DNA from: Balanoglossus misakiensis
Lineage: Eukaryota > Animalia > Hemichordata
Assembly: GCA_040954595.2 (NCBI GenBank)
Contig: CM082577.2
Location: 20,124,303-20,188,302, forward strand
Direction of reading: 5' to 3'
Length of the DNA stretch: 64,000 nt
Made by a program: the position numbers and the translations under genes. Shown here in pieces: positions 1 through 16,300 of the stretch; position 1 is the first letter of the stretch; the number at the start of each line of letters is the position of its first letter. Below the pieces are notes generated by a model. It did not search any database and was not told the DNA's origin. It saw nothing but the letters and a program-made list of their open reading frames with translations.

Positions 1-75
1 TTTTGGGATATTTGTATATTGAGAGAGATGCCTATATTTGTTTATTAAGTATGCCAATCAATTACAAAAAACAAA

Positions 76-249
<174 letters not shown>

Positions 250-1192
250 AAAAGCACGGAAGCAGCGCCCCCTGTGCATGGATTTGTCTACTAGTATTAA
301 ATAATAAAAAACGCAAACATAGGTATGGCTACATTAACAAACACGAATCCGTGGATTATAGTCTTCATCTCAAGATATGGAGCGCAGTATGACACTGTGG
401 CGGCGCTCTCATTCAGGAATGCGAACGGAAGTGAGGGGCTAAAGTCGTTTTGCATGTTTTGGGGGGGATGCTTTGAAGTGTGGCCAGCCGGGTTGGCCAG
501 GTACACAGGTTCAAGGGATAGGTACGGATACCATGACAATGTCAGAGCGCTACACGGACGATAAACTTGGAAACATTTGTAGAAGGTTTGATTTCTGAGC
601 TATTCGCTCGATTACTTTTCTATCAGTGTCTTCACCACTGTTGGAAAATCGTTTGGGCTGGGCACAGTGGTTTGGGAGACTTGCCCACACGTGTTATTGA
701 AGATTCGTAGGGCTTGTAATTTTGTGAATGAGGTGGGATTTAAGATCATCCGAGTTTTCACTATTTCAGGTATCACATCCAATTCACGCAAAACGTTGGC
801 CGAAATGCATTTTTAATATTTCTTTTGACCGAGGTGAAGAAAATATTAAATTTGATGACGAGAGAATTAGTGGACATTCAGTGTAATTTTGGGATGAATA
901 CTATTGTATGTGTCAGTCTGTCTATCTTCTGATTAATCTAAATTGTTTTGCGCCAAGAAAAAGGTTTATTGACAACAGGGGTAAAAGTGAAAGAACAGAT
1001 CAGTGTGATATGTACAGGAAATACATCAATGGTTCATTTGGAATAGAACAATCTCAGTACTGCTTGTAGTATTCTTATCTTCCTTTGTGATAAGGTGAAG
1101 GATAATCCTTTGTGGTGCATGTTCACCAATCAGCTATAAACAACATTATTTGGCTATTAGGTTTCATGTTTCAATCTATGATTTTATTTCAG

Positions 1193-1303
1193 ATATCAAT
1201 GAATGTGATAGCAGTCCATGCATTAATGGGATTTGCACAGATGCCATCAACAAATACACATGTACGTGTTTTCCTGGTTGGACTGGCAGCAACTGTGATG
1301 TTG
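1193..1303 (+). CDS. EGF exon 1 (cbEGF)
   Basis: ag|..|gtatgt, 111 nt; [37 protein letters not shown]. Confidence 0.95.
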
Positions 1304-4300
1304 GTATGTAGACATTGTGTGCACCTCTTGATTTACTGGTAAACACACTTGCACGTTGACAGTATTACCACAAGACACTAATGACCTGATGAAATGGCTA
1401 TTCTTCTATTCATTCCCTGTTGACAGCTCTGTTACCCTATCCCCTGTTTATGCCTTCTTTTACCTCATTCCTGGTTGATGGCAACTTTCACCTCATTCCC
1501 TGTTGATGGCTTATTTTCACCTCATTCCCTGTTGACAGCTCTGTTACCCTATCCCCTGTTTATGCCTTCTTTTACCTCATTTCTGGTTGATGGCAACTTT
1601 CACCTCATCCCTGTTGATGGCTTATTTTCACCTCATTCCCTGTTGACAGCTCTGTTACCCTATCCCCTGTTTATGCCTTCTTTTACCTCATTCCTGGTTG
1701 ATGGCAACTTTCACCTCATTCCCTGTTGATGGCTTATTTTCACCTCATTCCCTGTTGACAGCTCTGTTACCCTATCCCCTGTTTATGCCTTCTTTTACCT
1801 CATTCCTGGTTGATGGCAACTTTCACCTCATTCCCTGTTGATGGCTTATTTTCACCTCATTCCCTGTTGACAGCTCTGTTACCCTATCCCCTGTTTATGC
1901 CTTCTTTTACCTCATTCCTGGTTGATGGCAACTTTCACCTCATTCCCTGTTGATGGCTAATTCACCTCATTCCCTGTTGACAGCTCTGTTACCCTATCCC
2001 CTGTTTATGCCTTCTTTTACCTCATTCCTGGTTGATGGCAACTTTCACCTCATTCCCTGTTGATGGCTAATTCACCTCATTCCCTGTTGACAGCTCTGTT
2101 ACCCGGAAGTTGGTCCTGGCGCTTTTTCCCATGATTCAAATTACAGTAAACGCCAATTGGAAATTCTGCCAACTTTCCCTCGACTTTGTAAAAAATCGCG
2201 CGACTTATACATGGCGAACATGTTTTTTTTCTGAAAGAGTGACCTCAAAGCTACCAAATTATGTAGAAATCAGCTACGCTGGATTTCCCCTTTAAAATAT
2301 TGATTTTGTTCATGTCTTCTGGCATGTTGTAGTTTAATTTGGATCATATACACTCTTGTGCAGCCCTCTTGTCACAATCACATGATGCTTTCTAGTCTGT
2401 GTGGGAAAGGGATTTACTCCCACACTCTGTATCCCACACTCCCAGTGGCCAGGAATGTGAGAAAGAATTATCCCATTGTTGACTTGTATAATAGACACAA
2501 AATCAAACATATGCTATCTAAGCGTATGCACATTGTACACAGGGTAGTGTTTTCTCTGATTTCTCTAAAATTCTGGTCACATGTCCTAAATGTATAAAAT
2601 GTCAGCATGACTACTGCACAATAAACATCTCAACTTATACTCAGTGCGTTATATGATCATAGATTAACTGTTCCTAGTCTTAATTTCCTTGAAAATTTTG
2701 ATTTACCATTCTTCATGATGTAACAGGTGAAATCAGGTGAAAGTCTTAAAAATGTGTATTCTGCAAACAAAACATGGCTGGATGATGTATTTTGCACTAT
2801 GTGTGACAGTGTGTAGAATCTTATGTTCTTATGACACTTTATATTCATTTTGTGACGTTTCACTTACTGTAAGACTTAAATTTTTCTATTTAGATATCAA
2901 TGAATGTTCCAGCGACCCATGTTTGAATGGTGCACTGTGTAGTGATGGATTTAATAGTTATCAATGTCTCTGCTCACCGGGATTTGCTGGAACTCACTGT
3001 GAAATGAGTAAGTGTTCAACTTGAAACATATACGTATAATACAACTACTGCCAATAACCTATTAAGCTGAATTTGTACAATAACTTTACATATTTGTACA
3101 GTACATGGGGTCCCAATACCGATGCCCTGGAGACACAGTTGGTCAATTGGACCTTTGAAATGCCAAATGTAAACAAACAATATTAGGGTGTATTTATATT
3201 ATAGCTTTATCAATACCAGTGAATTTTGTGACGACATAGCTGTACATTATTACTGATAATGTATTGTGTTATTACGTGGACGTACTGTACAAGAATTTTC
3301 CCACAATGCACTCTGCTCAGCAGCTCAAAATCCTCAAAATTATTGAATTAATAGATTGGTTTCGACATATTCTACCGTGTATTTCTCAAACTAGTGGCAT
3401 TGCCACTCACAAAAGAACATTTTCAGTCTGAACTGGGTTCGACTCCCGTACCGTACGATCGGTATCACGGTAAAATTCATCTGGCTTTCCGAATTTTTAA
3501 TTTGATTTGGCGGCATGGCAGTGCAGGTAGAAAGCGCAGGATCTGATTTCGCTTGTACATTATGTCGCACAATGTGTGCTTTCATCCATTATGGGTCTTT
3601 GGGGTGTACATAATTCTCTAAACATGATTCAGTTCTGCCATATGGGTGACATATGTCTCTTTTCATAAGGTGGTACGTACATGTATTATCAACTGACTAA
3701 AAGAGCCCTAAAACAATGTAAATTTGGGCGTTTAATGGTGGGAGGCAGTCTAGTAATAGGGTTTAATGCACAAAATACGACCCTTTATGGACTCAGGCTA
3801 AAGTGAGTGACATATTAGATAAGCCATGGTTGAGTCCAATACGTCACTCACTGAACCCTTGTACGTACAGCGCTATATTTTGTGAATGACCAGAAGAAGC
3901 TGATGAATGTGTATTGTGAAACACTGAATCAAAACTCCTCACAGTTTCTTAGAAAGGTAGGAACATTGCAAGGGAAAGATATAAAGACTTTGCCAGCACT
4001 GCACAGTATTAAACAGCACATGTGTCATAGTGTTGACTAGCTTTGTCAAGTATCTTCATTGGGCCCAGGTTAAAATGAACAATTTTTTTCAATAACTCCA
4101 AGAACTCTGAAATAATGTAAAATTTGACAAAATTAAATAACTTCTCTGGAATGTAGTTTGGACTTAGGAGTGGTACTTTCCTTGTAAACAATAAGCATGC
4201 TATGGAATAAAATATCACGTGCATGATGCTGACCACTGCGTTGTTCTATTGAAAATAACATTAGTTGCCTGATAGTGATGGGTGCATCCACGAGTTCATT

Positions 4301-7300
4301 TACCGTAGTTGCCCGGGTAAGAACCCCTGCTCGGACAAACGCCCCCCCCTGGTTTTAGGGCCCATTTGTAGATCGAGGCCATATCCGGTCTAAAGCCCCC
4401 CCCCCCCGGCTGAATATCCATTAAATTCTTGGAAATTTAAAAAAGTGCAATGCAAAAAAGGCGGATTTTCATAATAAGGACTAGGCAAATTTCTTTTTTT
4501 TTTGTTGCACTGTAGTGTTTTCAAATTCTGAGTTTCAACTGTTGTAGACAGAGTCCCTCCCTCACTTACTTTGGCCCAACATGAATTTATGATTACAAAT
4601 TGTATAATTTTTTCTCTCACAGATATCAATGAATGTAACAGTAATCCTTGTGCTAATAGTGCGCAGTGTATTGATAGCATTAATGGATATACATGTCAGT
4701 GTTTGGATGGCTGGACAGGAGTCACATGTCTGACAAGTGAGTATCACATGTTGCTATTCACCCAATCATCAAGGATTTTAATGAGTGGAAATCATGGAAT
4801 ATTAATATAGCTTTTTTATGTGGTCTTCTGTTTAGTAAGATGAGTCCCATATAGTCATCTATAAAGATGAGTCAACATCTGGACTTTCTTGGATTTTTAA
4901 AATTTTGACTGCATCACTTCGTTCAACTATTCTGCAGGGAAATTGTTATTTCCTTTGCCCCTATCACTTGGAACCTCTCACCTACATGTACATGTATTCC
5001 AATATCCTGTTATGCAGTCCATGCCCATTTTAGCTCTAACAGTCAACAACATGGAGCTCATTTAGATGGATTGGTGAATTTCATCCTTTGTCACTTTGTG
5101 GGACATTCAATGTTTGGCCCCAATAGCTGCCACTTCTACCATATATTAAACAATAAAAACATTAATTTTCTCGAAAGTCGGCAAATGACACTATTTTGAC
5201 TTTGAGGGGATTTCAATACCCATGTGCGCATACCATGATAGTTGTGCACGCTTGCAGTGGGCATGTTGAATAAGCGGGTGTGGCAACCGTTTATTATTTA
5301 ACTTGTATATATTCACATGTATGGCCATAATCAGAGTTTGATAATATGTATGTATATACCAACCAGTTAACTCACTTAAACAGACCATTCTTAGTTCAAA
5401 AGTAAAATCATGGAAATAATTCAAAAATTGGGCTTCGGTCTCAGAAACTGCTCAGAAACTGAGTCAGTGGTATGTCAGTTTCTAATTCTGGTGACAATCG
5501 GAATCAGGTTGGTTCAAATTATTCTGTATTTTTAAAGATCTTTTTATTTTTGTCAGTTTGTTATATTATGAATTAAAATAATTATATGTGTGATTTTACA
5601 GATATTGATGAGTGTGCCAGTAATCCATGTGTAAATGGAGGAACCTGCATTGATTTAATCAATCGCTACACTTGCAGCTGTGTTGCAGGATGGCAGGGCA
5701 TCAACTGTGATGTTGGTAAGGTTTCCATTGCAGTTTAAAGATCCTCTTCTACATGGGTTCAAACCTGGAAAATTCAGCTATTAAAATGTGTATTCCCATT
5801 AACGAACATGTGTTTTAAGCAGTGTTCTGTGGTGAAATTTCTGAAATTCATACATGTACATGTACACAGCTTTTATAGATGGTAATGTGTAGGATGTGTA
5901 AAAGTATTGTTAAAAAATTCCAGATTTGCAGTAATTGAATCCACAGAGTGTTTCAAAGTAAAGGGTGTAGCTACTTTATTTGGAAGCAGCCTCAAATAGG
6001 GATATTTACAGTAACCAAGTTGTGGTACTTGCAGATATAAACCGGCACATTTTACATACTAGTAGTCAAACAATGACATTAGCGTTTGGCCTTTAAATAT
6101 TGTCATTTTTTTCATTTGTTGTATAGATTATAATGAATGTATCAGCAATCCATGTTTGAATGCAGCAACCTGTGTCAATGGACAGAATCAGTTCAGTTGC
6201 ATTTGTGCTCCAGGCTGGGAAGGTATCAGATGCCAAACAGGTAATTCGATGCATGAGCTTGTTCTACATTTTGTATTTAGAAGTTATAAACTGATAGCGA
6301 GAGTATTGCTCTGTGATTATTATCTGCCAAATATGCTAATTTTCACCTGAGAGGTCTTATATCCGTACCAAATACCCGAGCGCACCGTTTATAACCTCAT
6401 TATTATAATTTTACTTAATAAAGATAAACAATTTCATTATTTCAAATCCGTTGTTTGGTTGGGATTAAATCATGCCAGTTCCAGGGCCTCATCGCTCACT
6501 GTTCCAGAATGTGCCAGCTGAGCGCGTGCAAACATGTTCTAGAATGTCTAAAGTTGCGCTACTTTATGCCACCGCCAGTATAAATCATAAACTGTGTTCT
6601 ATTCAGGCGCGTTCTCTCCTACGTGTTCCATTTCGGTTATTTTTTTAACTATTCAGGGTCAGGTCTTCTTGTCGAGAATATAAACTCCGGCTCCAGCCAA
6701 TCAGCGAGCTGGATTCACACCAAGCATATTATAATACAAATTATATTGTATCATGCTACCATCTGCCATTCTGATTGGCCGAGAGCTCAATCCAGCGATG
6801 GTAAAATACTCAATATGGCACTGCTAAAATGGGTCCCTGAACAAGCATGCAGCAGTGAGAATGTGGGATCAATCCACAGTCGCGTGGGATTAAACCAAAT
6901 AAATAAAATAAAAACACTGTTGAATTTAATGACGTTTTATTTTGGAACTGTTCTGTAGTAATATTTGTCAATTTGCCACGCGCGATGCCCGTCTTGTCAC
7001 TTTTGTCGTCTGCTTCATGTTTAATGCTCGATCCCGGCTGGATCCCGGCCGCTCGTGTTTACATTCATCGTCGCCATGTTGGTTCACGATCGTAATTTCT
7101 CTTTCTGACGCCGTTTCGGTAAGAAAATTACACTGATATGACACAAAAACAATTGTTGATATGGTAATACAATAGCAATAACCCCCCGCCTCAGTCGGGT
7201 ATACACTCGATTTGGGTACAATTTGCTATATGTCTCGAATTGTTCCAAAATCTTGTGTATACCCCCCCCCCCTCGTGGGGTTATTCCTTAAATAGCAAAT

Positions 7301-10300
7301 GATTTCTCCGGATGATTTGCATGTTTAGCACAATCCTTGACAGAATGACAGAACTGCCCACAATGCAACATGAAAACAATAATTGTGTAATACAGATTTA
7401 GACCACTTCAGCTGCATCTTCAGTCTGTGTGAGGTCTTATTCTGAGCAATCACTTTTAATATTGCAGATATCAATGAATGTGCGTCCGATCCATGTCAGA
7501 ACAATGCAGCTTGTATCAATGGCTTGAATAGTTTCAGGTGTATATGTACACCGGGCTGGACTGGAACTAGATGTGATGTGGGTGAGTTGAAAATGCCATC
7601 TAACTTCTATATGCAGATGTGTGAATTCTAGAAAAAAATAGTCATTTGTGTGTGTCACATGAAAATCTGTAATCAGACAGATCGTAACTTGTTATGGTAA
7701 CTGTGGCTAAATTTGCATAGGTGATCATGTAATATACAAGTCTCGTATGTTTTACACAGTATCACTCATCTTCTACTTTCTCAGAATTCGTGGTTATGAA
7801 AAAACAGTGCATACACAGACAAATAGAATTACCATTCAATTCTAGAAACTGCATTTTGATCAAGTGTAAATCCACAATAACTTGTTACTTTTTTAATTTT
7901 CTCAATATATTTTTTATTAACTTTGGTTTCTTGTTCTGCTTTTGTGTATTTACAAATGAGTTTCATTTTTTAGTTTGCCCAAAAGCCAGAAAGAAAAGTT
8001 CCACACCCATTTTAAAGTGAAAATCAATGTGTTTTATTGCTTGTATGTGAAAATCCATCTCTAATATAATAATTTATGTAGTAAGGTCAAAGTTGTAAAT
8101 AGAAAATGTACCAGTACACACTTTTCAGGATTACTAGCCTGGTCTCCATAAATAAATCTAGAGTAGAACAAGAAACTGGAGTTGATATATGGGAGAAAGA
8201 TGTTGCAAAAAAAGCCAAAAGTGGGCTTGGAAGACTATCAATACTAAACACACTGCCAATGCACCTGTGTTCTCTATTGTACACCCATTAAATTTGTACT
8301 GTGAATTTAATGTGTCATTATGAATACATTAAAATTTCATGAAATTTAGTATGAAGCTTCCTATAGGTGGTCTGAGTTACCATAGTACTGTTCAAATTGT
8401 TGCAAAATTTACATATTTGTAATTTTAAGCAATTTTTGCCATTGTCAGATTGCTTTGAAATTTGGTAGGCATGTTCCTAGGGGTACCCAAGTAAGATTTA
8501 CCTGTATGTTTTTGAAATCAACATGAAGAATTCAATAGTATATTTTTGGATTCTATTTTTTTTCAGATATTGATGAGTGTGAAAGTAGCCCATGTCAGAA
8601 TGGTGCTACTTGTGTGAATGGTAGAAATTCATACAGCTGTTCATGTGTTGCAGGCTGGAGTGGAACTCATTGTGAAATAGGTAACATGTCTGACCCATAC
8701 CTGTGGTATATTAAATGGGTGAATCTGATTGTGTGACAGGGAAATTCATTTTAGTGAACAGACACCATGTGAACTTTATAAAAATCAAAAACTAACTTTG
8801 AGTTTGTGGTATATCATTCCATGTTTTCACTATTTGAAAGGGTCTTCTGAGAAAGTTATTTTTGTGTTAAAATACTTCTAGATTCGATTTATCCCAGCCT
8901 AGTTCACTGGTAATACAATGAATCTCAACCCTGGTCAAGTTGAGAGAAACATTTTAAAACATCAGCAGGGCCTACCTAAATCCTGATGACCATTTAGAAT
9001 TATTGCTACTATCTTTGTGGGCATATTTCAGCAAGCATTTTCACTTGATGGTCAGTCTTACTTTTGTCTTCATCTTGTGACAACCCCCCCCCCCCCTCCC
9101 CCCGCTATACTTGGCAAACAGCCACCTGTGTTGTTAACACATCTGTCCAGCTGTTTGTTAGATGGTGTCTCATCCACTTGATACTGTAACAGCACTCAGT
9201 CTGTCAAACTGGCAGTTCTGTTCATGTCACAACTTTCAGTTGAAAAGTTGAAGCTTGTAATTTTAATATCTTTTCTTCACGGCTTTTATTATTCATTGTG
9301 ACACCCACAATTCTTATTAATTTTACAGAAGAAATTATGTTCTCACACTGTTTTCTGTCAATGATGTTGTATGTTCTTTCCTCTATTTGCTTGTGTGAAG
9401 TTCAATACTTTAATATTCGTATCTCAACAAATACTATTAAACAGTAAATAAGCTCTAAATTTAGCTCTATTCACACATGTATATGAGATTGCCTCTGAAT
9501 CAATGTGATCTAAATTTCCAACAGCTTTTTGGTACACAAATATGTTAATTGTCTCCAGTACTATCACTTACTTTTTCCGTATAATCCTGTCAACTTCATG
9601 TGAGCTTAGCTGTTTACAATGTGTGAATGTTCTGTGTTACCCTGATTACATATAGATATTAATGAATGTAATAGCAGTCCATGCATAAATGGTGTATGTA
9701 TCAATGAAGTGAATTCATATAGCTGCAGATGCATACCTGGCTGGAATGGCACTCTTTGTGAAACAGGTAAGTTTTTTCAAGTATGAACAATCATCAAACA
9801 TTTACATGTATGTATCTCTGATGCCAAATTAGAAAATCAACATGAAATGTTCAGTTATAGGTGTTCAGACTGGCCAAATAAAGAGCGTGTGGCCCAAGGC
9901 CGTCGGCTACATGGTAACATGTGTCAACTACATTCACACAAATCAATTTTCAGACCAATCCAGTTGTCATTTTAGTGATTTCTACCTGACATTTTGCTTT
10001 TTTATTTCAGAAATTCAGGAATGTTCCAGTAATCCATGTCAGAATGGTGCTACATGCCTGGATTTAATTGACAGATATGTCTGTGTGTGTGTTGCTGGTT
10101 ATGAAGGTGCTAGCTGTGAAAGAGGTAGTCAGTCTTAACGCTAAATCTGTTATTTATCTATTACATTATGGAGCGCCATTCTCAGACATGATGAAAGCTT
10201 TTTTTTGAACAGTGGTGTACGAACAAACAGGATAAGTTTGATGTTTTCATCCATAAAACTCCCACCTTTTAATTTCACCCATCCTCATTTTTCAGAACAT

Positions 10301-13300
10301 ATATATTTATAGACAAATTAATTTGAAACACAGCTGTACCGCATCTGTGTGTATATATCTGTCTGTCTGTGAACACAAAAATTCATTTCATTGGTAATTT
10401 CAAAACAGCTGGATTAATTGTTAGACAATTTGGCACATTGAACAAACTATATCTAATTAGATTTTGGTGCATGTGGCTTATAGATAATTAAGATTGATAC
10501 AATTAAGTTTGTGTCTATGGGCAATATCTTAAGAATTCTTATACTCACCCAAAATTGGACATGATTCTATTGATTCCCCCCCCCCCCCAAATTGGTGTGG
10601 TATGTTGATAATGGCATTCCCTGCTGAACAAGTGACAAGGTATCATCTTGTGATGCTGACAGTGGTTGTGTGATTTCAACAAATTCAAAGACATGTCTTC
10701 CATCATTCTGGTTTTTGAAATTAGTACAACTGCATTTTGGACTTGTACGAAAATTCAAGCTGTGAAGTTTCAAATACATGTACATATGTGTGTCCATTTT
10801 AACCACTAAATATTTTTGGAGGATTGCAACTTTTGCATCGTCTTAAGCCATGACCTCTTTCAGCGACAGTTTCTTCTTTTTTAGAAGCAATCTGTTCAGA
10901 TATTTCATGGATGCAATATACCAAAATGAAAGTGAAATGTCATAGACATTACTTTTGAGAAAGTACTTTGCCTTTCACTGGACGTCATGTGACACATACT
11001 GCATTGCTGTATTCATGCAGTTTGTAATATTTTCATAATATTATTATAGGATTTTTCGTTTGCAGAATTGAAGAAGTTACTTATTTTTGTTTCTGTAGAT
11101 ATTGATGAATGTGCAAGTTTTCCCTGTGCTAATGGTGGTACATGTACTGAAGGCATTAATGAGTATAGCTGTGTCTGTAGATCTGGATGGACAGGCACAC
11201 AGTGTCAATTAGGTCAGTTTATCTAAACATGTGTAAGGAAGACATGAACTGGCTTTTGGTACATGCCAATCTAGCACTTTTGGTTAAAAATTATCAAACC
11301 AACCGTAAGGAGTGATAACGAGATTCTAGATTGCTAAAATTGACTTCAAGATCCAAAGAGTGATTTCATGTATTGTTGGCACAGCGTGCAAAACCAGGTG
11401 GCAAATTCAAAAGTTATAATGCTGGCATGGTGATAGAAAATACCTAAACATCAATTTACAACTTGAAGTTGAGATTGATGAAAGTCTTCATACTGTAAAA
11501 TGGGTAACTGTTATGCGAGGATTAATTTTTGCGTTCACGTATTTTCACTGCATTGTTATCTCTCTTTTACGCGACTTTTTATTTTCACGTTGTTTTGGTT
11601 CTCGCGTAATTGGCGAAATTAACCCGTTTTACAGTATTAAATACATGTATGCTATTACATTTATCTATTGTTTTTCTTCTAACTTTTAAAATGTGACATG
11701 AATAGTGAATATACTTAACAGATGCTGCATACAGTATATAAGGTTATTCACAAAATACCGGGATTTATGTCCGAGTACGCGTCGAGGACAATACCGAAGC
11801 GTACGATGTACGAGGACATAAATCCCGGTATTTTGTGAATAACCTTATTGTTATACACCTTTTCTGAACGTTCTTCATGAACGATAAAGAATAAATTGGC
11901 CGCTATCGGACTTTCTAGTTTTCAGACACCACCATGATGTAATTTGCATATCGAACGCGCCTTCACCTCGCGCATCAGGTGATGCTAGTGTCGAACTGCC
12001 TGTCTCACGCGCGACGTTCTACGCTGCTTGCGCTGAGCTCGTTCTGGAACTTGAAATGAACGTGCTCGCCAGTTCGTTCACAGATTCCTTCGACTGAAAT
12101 TTCAGCGTGGATTTTGACTGATTTCGCATCTTGGGTCACCAATAATTTTGTTTAATAACGGCTGTGTACTTTTTATATAAATTTTTGTCAGAGTAGGGTT
12201 AATATCCTCATTGTTTACATTGATCACCAGTCCTGTGAGGTCAAAGTCACAATGCGTCCAATAACCCTGGTGTTATTGGACTCCGCGTCCTCATTTGAAT
12301 AATTATTGTACGGTGATACCGTGAATTATTGTATTACGGAACTCCATAGGTTACAGCAGTAGGTGTATAATAATCATGTTTATTCAGTAAATGTCACTGC
12401 AAACATAAACATCTGAAAACTGACATTTTGTTTTTTCCTTGAGCAGATGTTGATGAGTGTATAAGTTCACCCTGTCAGAATGGTGGTATATGCTTGAATC
12501 AGAACAATCGCTACACTTGTATCTGTATCAATGGTTGGACTGGTATCAACTGTGAAACAGGTAAGCCTTGCATGCAGTTGTATCACTGAAATTGTTGGCA
12601 GTATATAAATGTGATTAGGGTTTCAGAATTACTGTCAAGCTGATGCAAAGAAACAATCCTTGTGAAAAACAAGAGTCTAATCTTTAACCCTTTCACCCAC
12701 TACGGTTCATTCTATTGAGGTTCAACTTGACCATGATAGAAACCAATGGATTTGGAGCTCATCTCCAAATGATACAAGAGCCAACCAGATTGTCTTTAAA
12801 TGTCCTTGAGACTGTTTGAAACTGATCACACAGAATGTTGCGTTGCCAATGTGAGACACCAAACTCTCAAAGACACATTTCAGTTCAGGCATCCTATAGA
12901 ATGTGTTCATTGCACACTGATTTCTGTTGTGGCCAAGGCATATGTATAATACTGTAAAATAGGAAATTTTAGTGGCAAGAAATTTTCGTGATATCAACAG
13001 TGGGACTAACTATTTTGTGGCGATGTTCACATTCTCTTATTTCACTAACTGCATTGTCAGAATTCGTGACTATATATTTTTGCATTTTTCTGGGATCTAT
13101 CTTTTGCAAAAATTTCACATTTTAAAGTAATTATTTAGATTGGCTGAATTGCTGGAGATGTTTTAGTTTCATATCTTACATGTTTAATACCCAGGTTCAA
13201 AATTAATTTTTTTTTGTCTTGTAGAAATTGATGAATGTGAGAGCAGTCCATGCCTCCACAATGGCACTTGTGTAGATTTGAGAAATTCTTATATATGTGA

Positions 13301-16300
13301 GTGTGTCATTGGAAGAACTGGTGACAACTGTGAAATAGGTAATGAAAATTATATCAACAGTAATTGTCTTGAAATTGGTGAATTATACATACTAGTACTA
13401 ACAGATGTTTAGTTTTAGTGTATACATGCATACGTTAATGATATTGCATAATGTCTGACTTTTAATTTGCTAACACTGGCTTGCATTTTTGATGTTGTCA
13501 GTGACACTGACAAATAAGCCCCTTTAACTAGTACTCAATTTTATAATTTAGTAAAGATTTTTATTTTATCTTCTTTTACTTTTATGAGTAGATTTGAGCT
13601 CTTTAAACTAAATATCTTTTTATTGCTGTTTCATCATGGGTAAAATGTTAGTTGAATTCAAAGCTATGTATTTGTAGGCTGCAACATCGAATTATCTGTG
13701 TTCATTATTTTTGGTGTCATCATATTTATGCATGTTAATATTCATAATTCATCATCAGTAATTTTGTTTTTCTTTGAATTTTTCAGATTGAAACATAGGA
13801 TTCTTGCATTATTCACAATTACTTGCATGCACCTTTATGTACTATATTCTTGTAGAAAAGTCTCTTTAAACATTTCTTTCGGTGTTCCGTGTTCTACTTC
13901 ATGTAGCCATGGCCATTCTTGTTTGCAATCAGACCCCATGCATTCACACTGTTTTCACTAGTCATGCTTGCTGGCATATGCGCATTCACATACTTAGATA
14001 CCATTCATAATAAAAGAGTTTTCACTGTAAAATCTATTCATTCATCAGGTTGTGGGTTAAACAATAATGCATTCATTCAGGTTAGCAAAAGATACTGACA
14101 CAGTTAGAAAAAAATGATGATCAGATATTGTCTTTTACATAAAGTGCTGTAGTCCTGGCTGAAAGAAAAGATTTCTTTATAATTTTCTTGAGGCAGAGAC
14201 TACCCAGCATCACAAGTACATGTAGTATTATTTTTCTCACAAACAGAGAGTGATGGAAATGAATGGAAAAGAAGTGTTCCCAATAAAATTCTTTTATCAT
14301 TGATATCATTCTAACTTGGCACAAAAACTGTGTACTGTTACATGCAGATTAACTTCTGCAATTTTCAAGTATGTGTGCCAAATAAAATTAGTCATTTATG
14401 ATTTCATTTGTTTCAAGATCAGATCCAAGATGGGTACCATGTGATTTTATGTGCTTATCTGATGGCCGCTAATGTTACTAATGAAAATATAGGAGAACAG
14501 TGTTGAGTCACCACTTATGAGTCACCAATGTTCTTCCATAGACAAACTTCTCCAAGATCCTCCCATGACCAAAAGACAAATGTGCATAGCTATTCTATGG
14601 GGAAAAATCAGTTTTCATTGGAGTTTATCCAGTAAAGTTTCTGGAGGAACATTTGTGAAAATTTCAAGAAAATTACAATGCGTTGACCAGGTTCTCTCAC
14701 ATTCTAAGAAAAAAAAAGTGATAAACCAAAGATTAGCCATGGTAGTAATATCCAAGAGTCATAATACTGCCAACAGAGTTGAAGAAGATTTTATTACAAA
14801 ATGAGACAGTTAACAAAACCACAATCATGTTAAATAGTATACTTACTTCACTGCATGATGTAACAATACACTTCTTCCATGTTTGGCCAGATATAAATGA
14901 ATGTAGCAGCAGTCCTTGTCAAAATGGCGCCACATGTTTGGATCAGCTAAATGGTTACACCTGTAGATGCCTGTCTGGTTTCCAAGGAGTACGCTGTGAA
15001 TCAGGTCAGGGTCTTCACTATCTTGACACTTGGATTGTGTACATGCTAGGTTTATTGACTCAGAATGACAAAATGTTTTTCTTACATTCAGTGGATATGT
15101 TACATACATGTACATCCAAACTGTTGATTTCTATAGATGCAACAGATACCCACTGCTGCTTTACCTGTGCACTGTCAGGCATCTGGCTAATGCACTTCTA
15201 ATAAGGTTTATTTACATGCTAAGTCATATGACTAAGAAGGGCCTTAATATTATTCATTTTGGAGGTGGGCTCTATGGTAACAGCGCATAATGTAGTAATG
15301 AGTGGGACCAGAGAGTGAATGCAATAATGTCTTCCACTTTCGTTATACAAAATTGTTCTTTTGGTTTTTCTATGAAAACAGAGATCAACGAATGTGCCAG
15401 TAATCCATGTGTCAATGGTGCAACTTGTAATGATTTTGTGAATCGATACACATGTACATGCCTGCCAGGTTGGCAGGGTATCAACTGTGACCAAGGTAAT
15501 CTGTCTCTGCACTCTACTAGAAAATTGTATTTATCGATTTCCTTTACGGAGATATGTTTTATGCTATCAAGAAAATGGAATTAATATTGAAGTTTTCAGG
15601 CAACTTTTCCAGTATCATTTGTGTCCTTATAAGTTATGACATATTTATGACATTGGTCTTTATTCAGTAATTCCAGGCCAGATCATACTTTTAGGGATTA
15701 TAAGTTATTGTACAGTTTATTTCTGAATCATTGATTTAGTGTTTTAAGCATTCATTCAAAAGAATATATATTAAGTTAGTGCACTGCAGACTTGTAATGG
15801 GGTTTTTATGGAATATTTTGTTTTTGTGTTGAATATGAAATGGTTGATTATGCAAATCAATAGATTAATATTCTTAAAACTTGTGATTTTTTGACAGATG
15901 TAAATGAGTGTATTAGTAATCCTTGTGGAAATGGTGCCACGTGTGTTAATGGTTTGAACTCCTGGAGTTGTGTCTGTTCCCCTGGCTGGGCAGGATTACG
16001 ATGTCTTGATGGTAAATATGTCATTGGATATTCTCTCAAGTAATATCTAGACAATATTGGAGACAAAGGGATGAAAGCCACTCTTATTTGCTATAATTTG
16101 GATAAAATTTATTTACATGAGAAGTCATGTATTATGTTTCAATGACACAATTTCTGATGTATTCCAAAAATGATGTTCCAAAAATAAATAATTTATTGTA
16201 AGTATATTATGTTTGTACACTGCAGGATAGTAGAGTTCTGATGAATTGGAACTCAGTATGTTTCTCTTGTGCAGAATAATGAAAACAAAGAATAAGTAAG

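Noticed and set aside
300-860. GC-richer block with short ORFs on both strands
   Set aside because: No recognisable protein motif or termini; probably a TE fragment but cannot be supported
1395-2104. CRISPR-like appearance of ~28-bp repeats; ORF 1475-1729
   Set aside because: Intervening sequences are repeated rather than unique spacers, the DNA is a eukaryotic intron, and no cas genes are present
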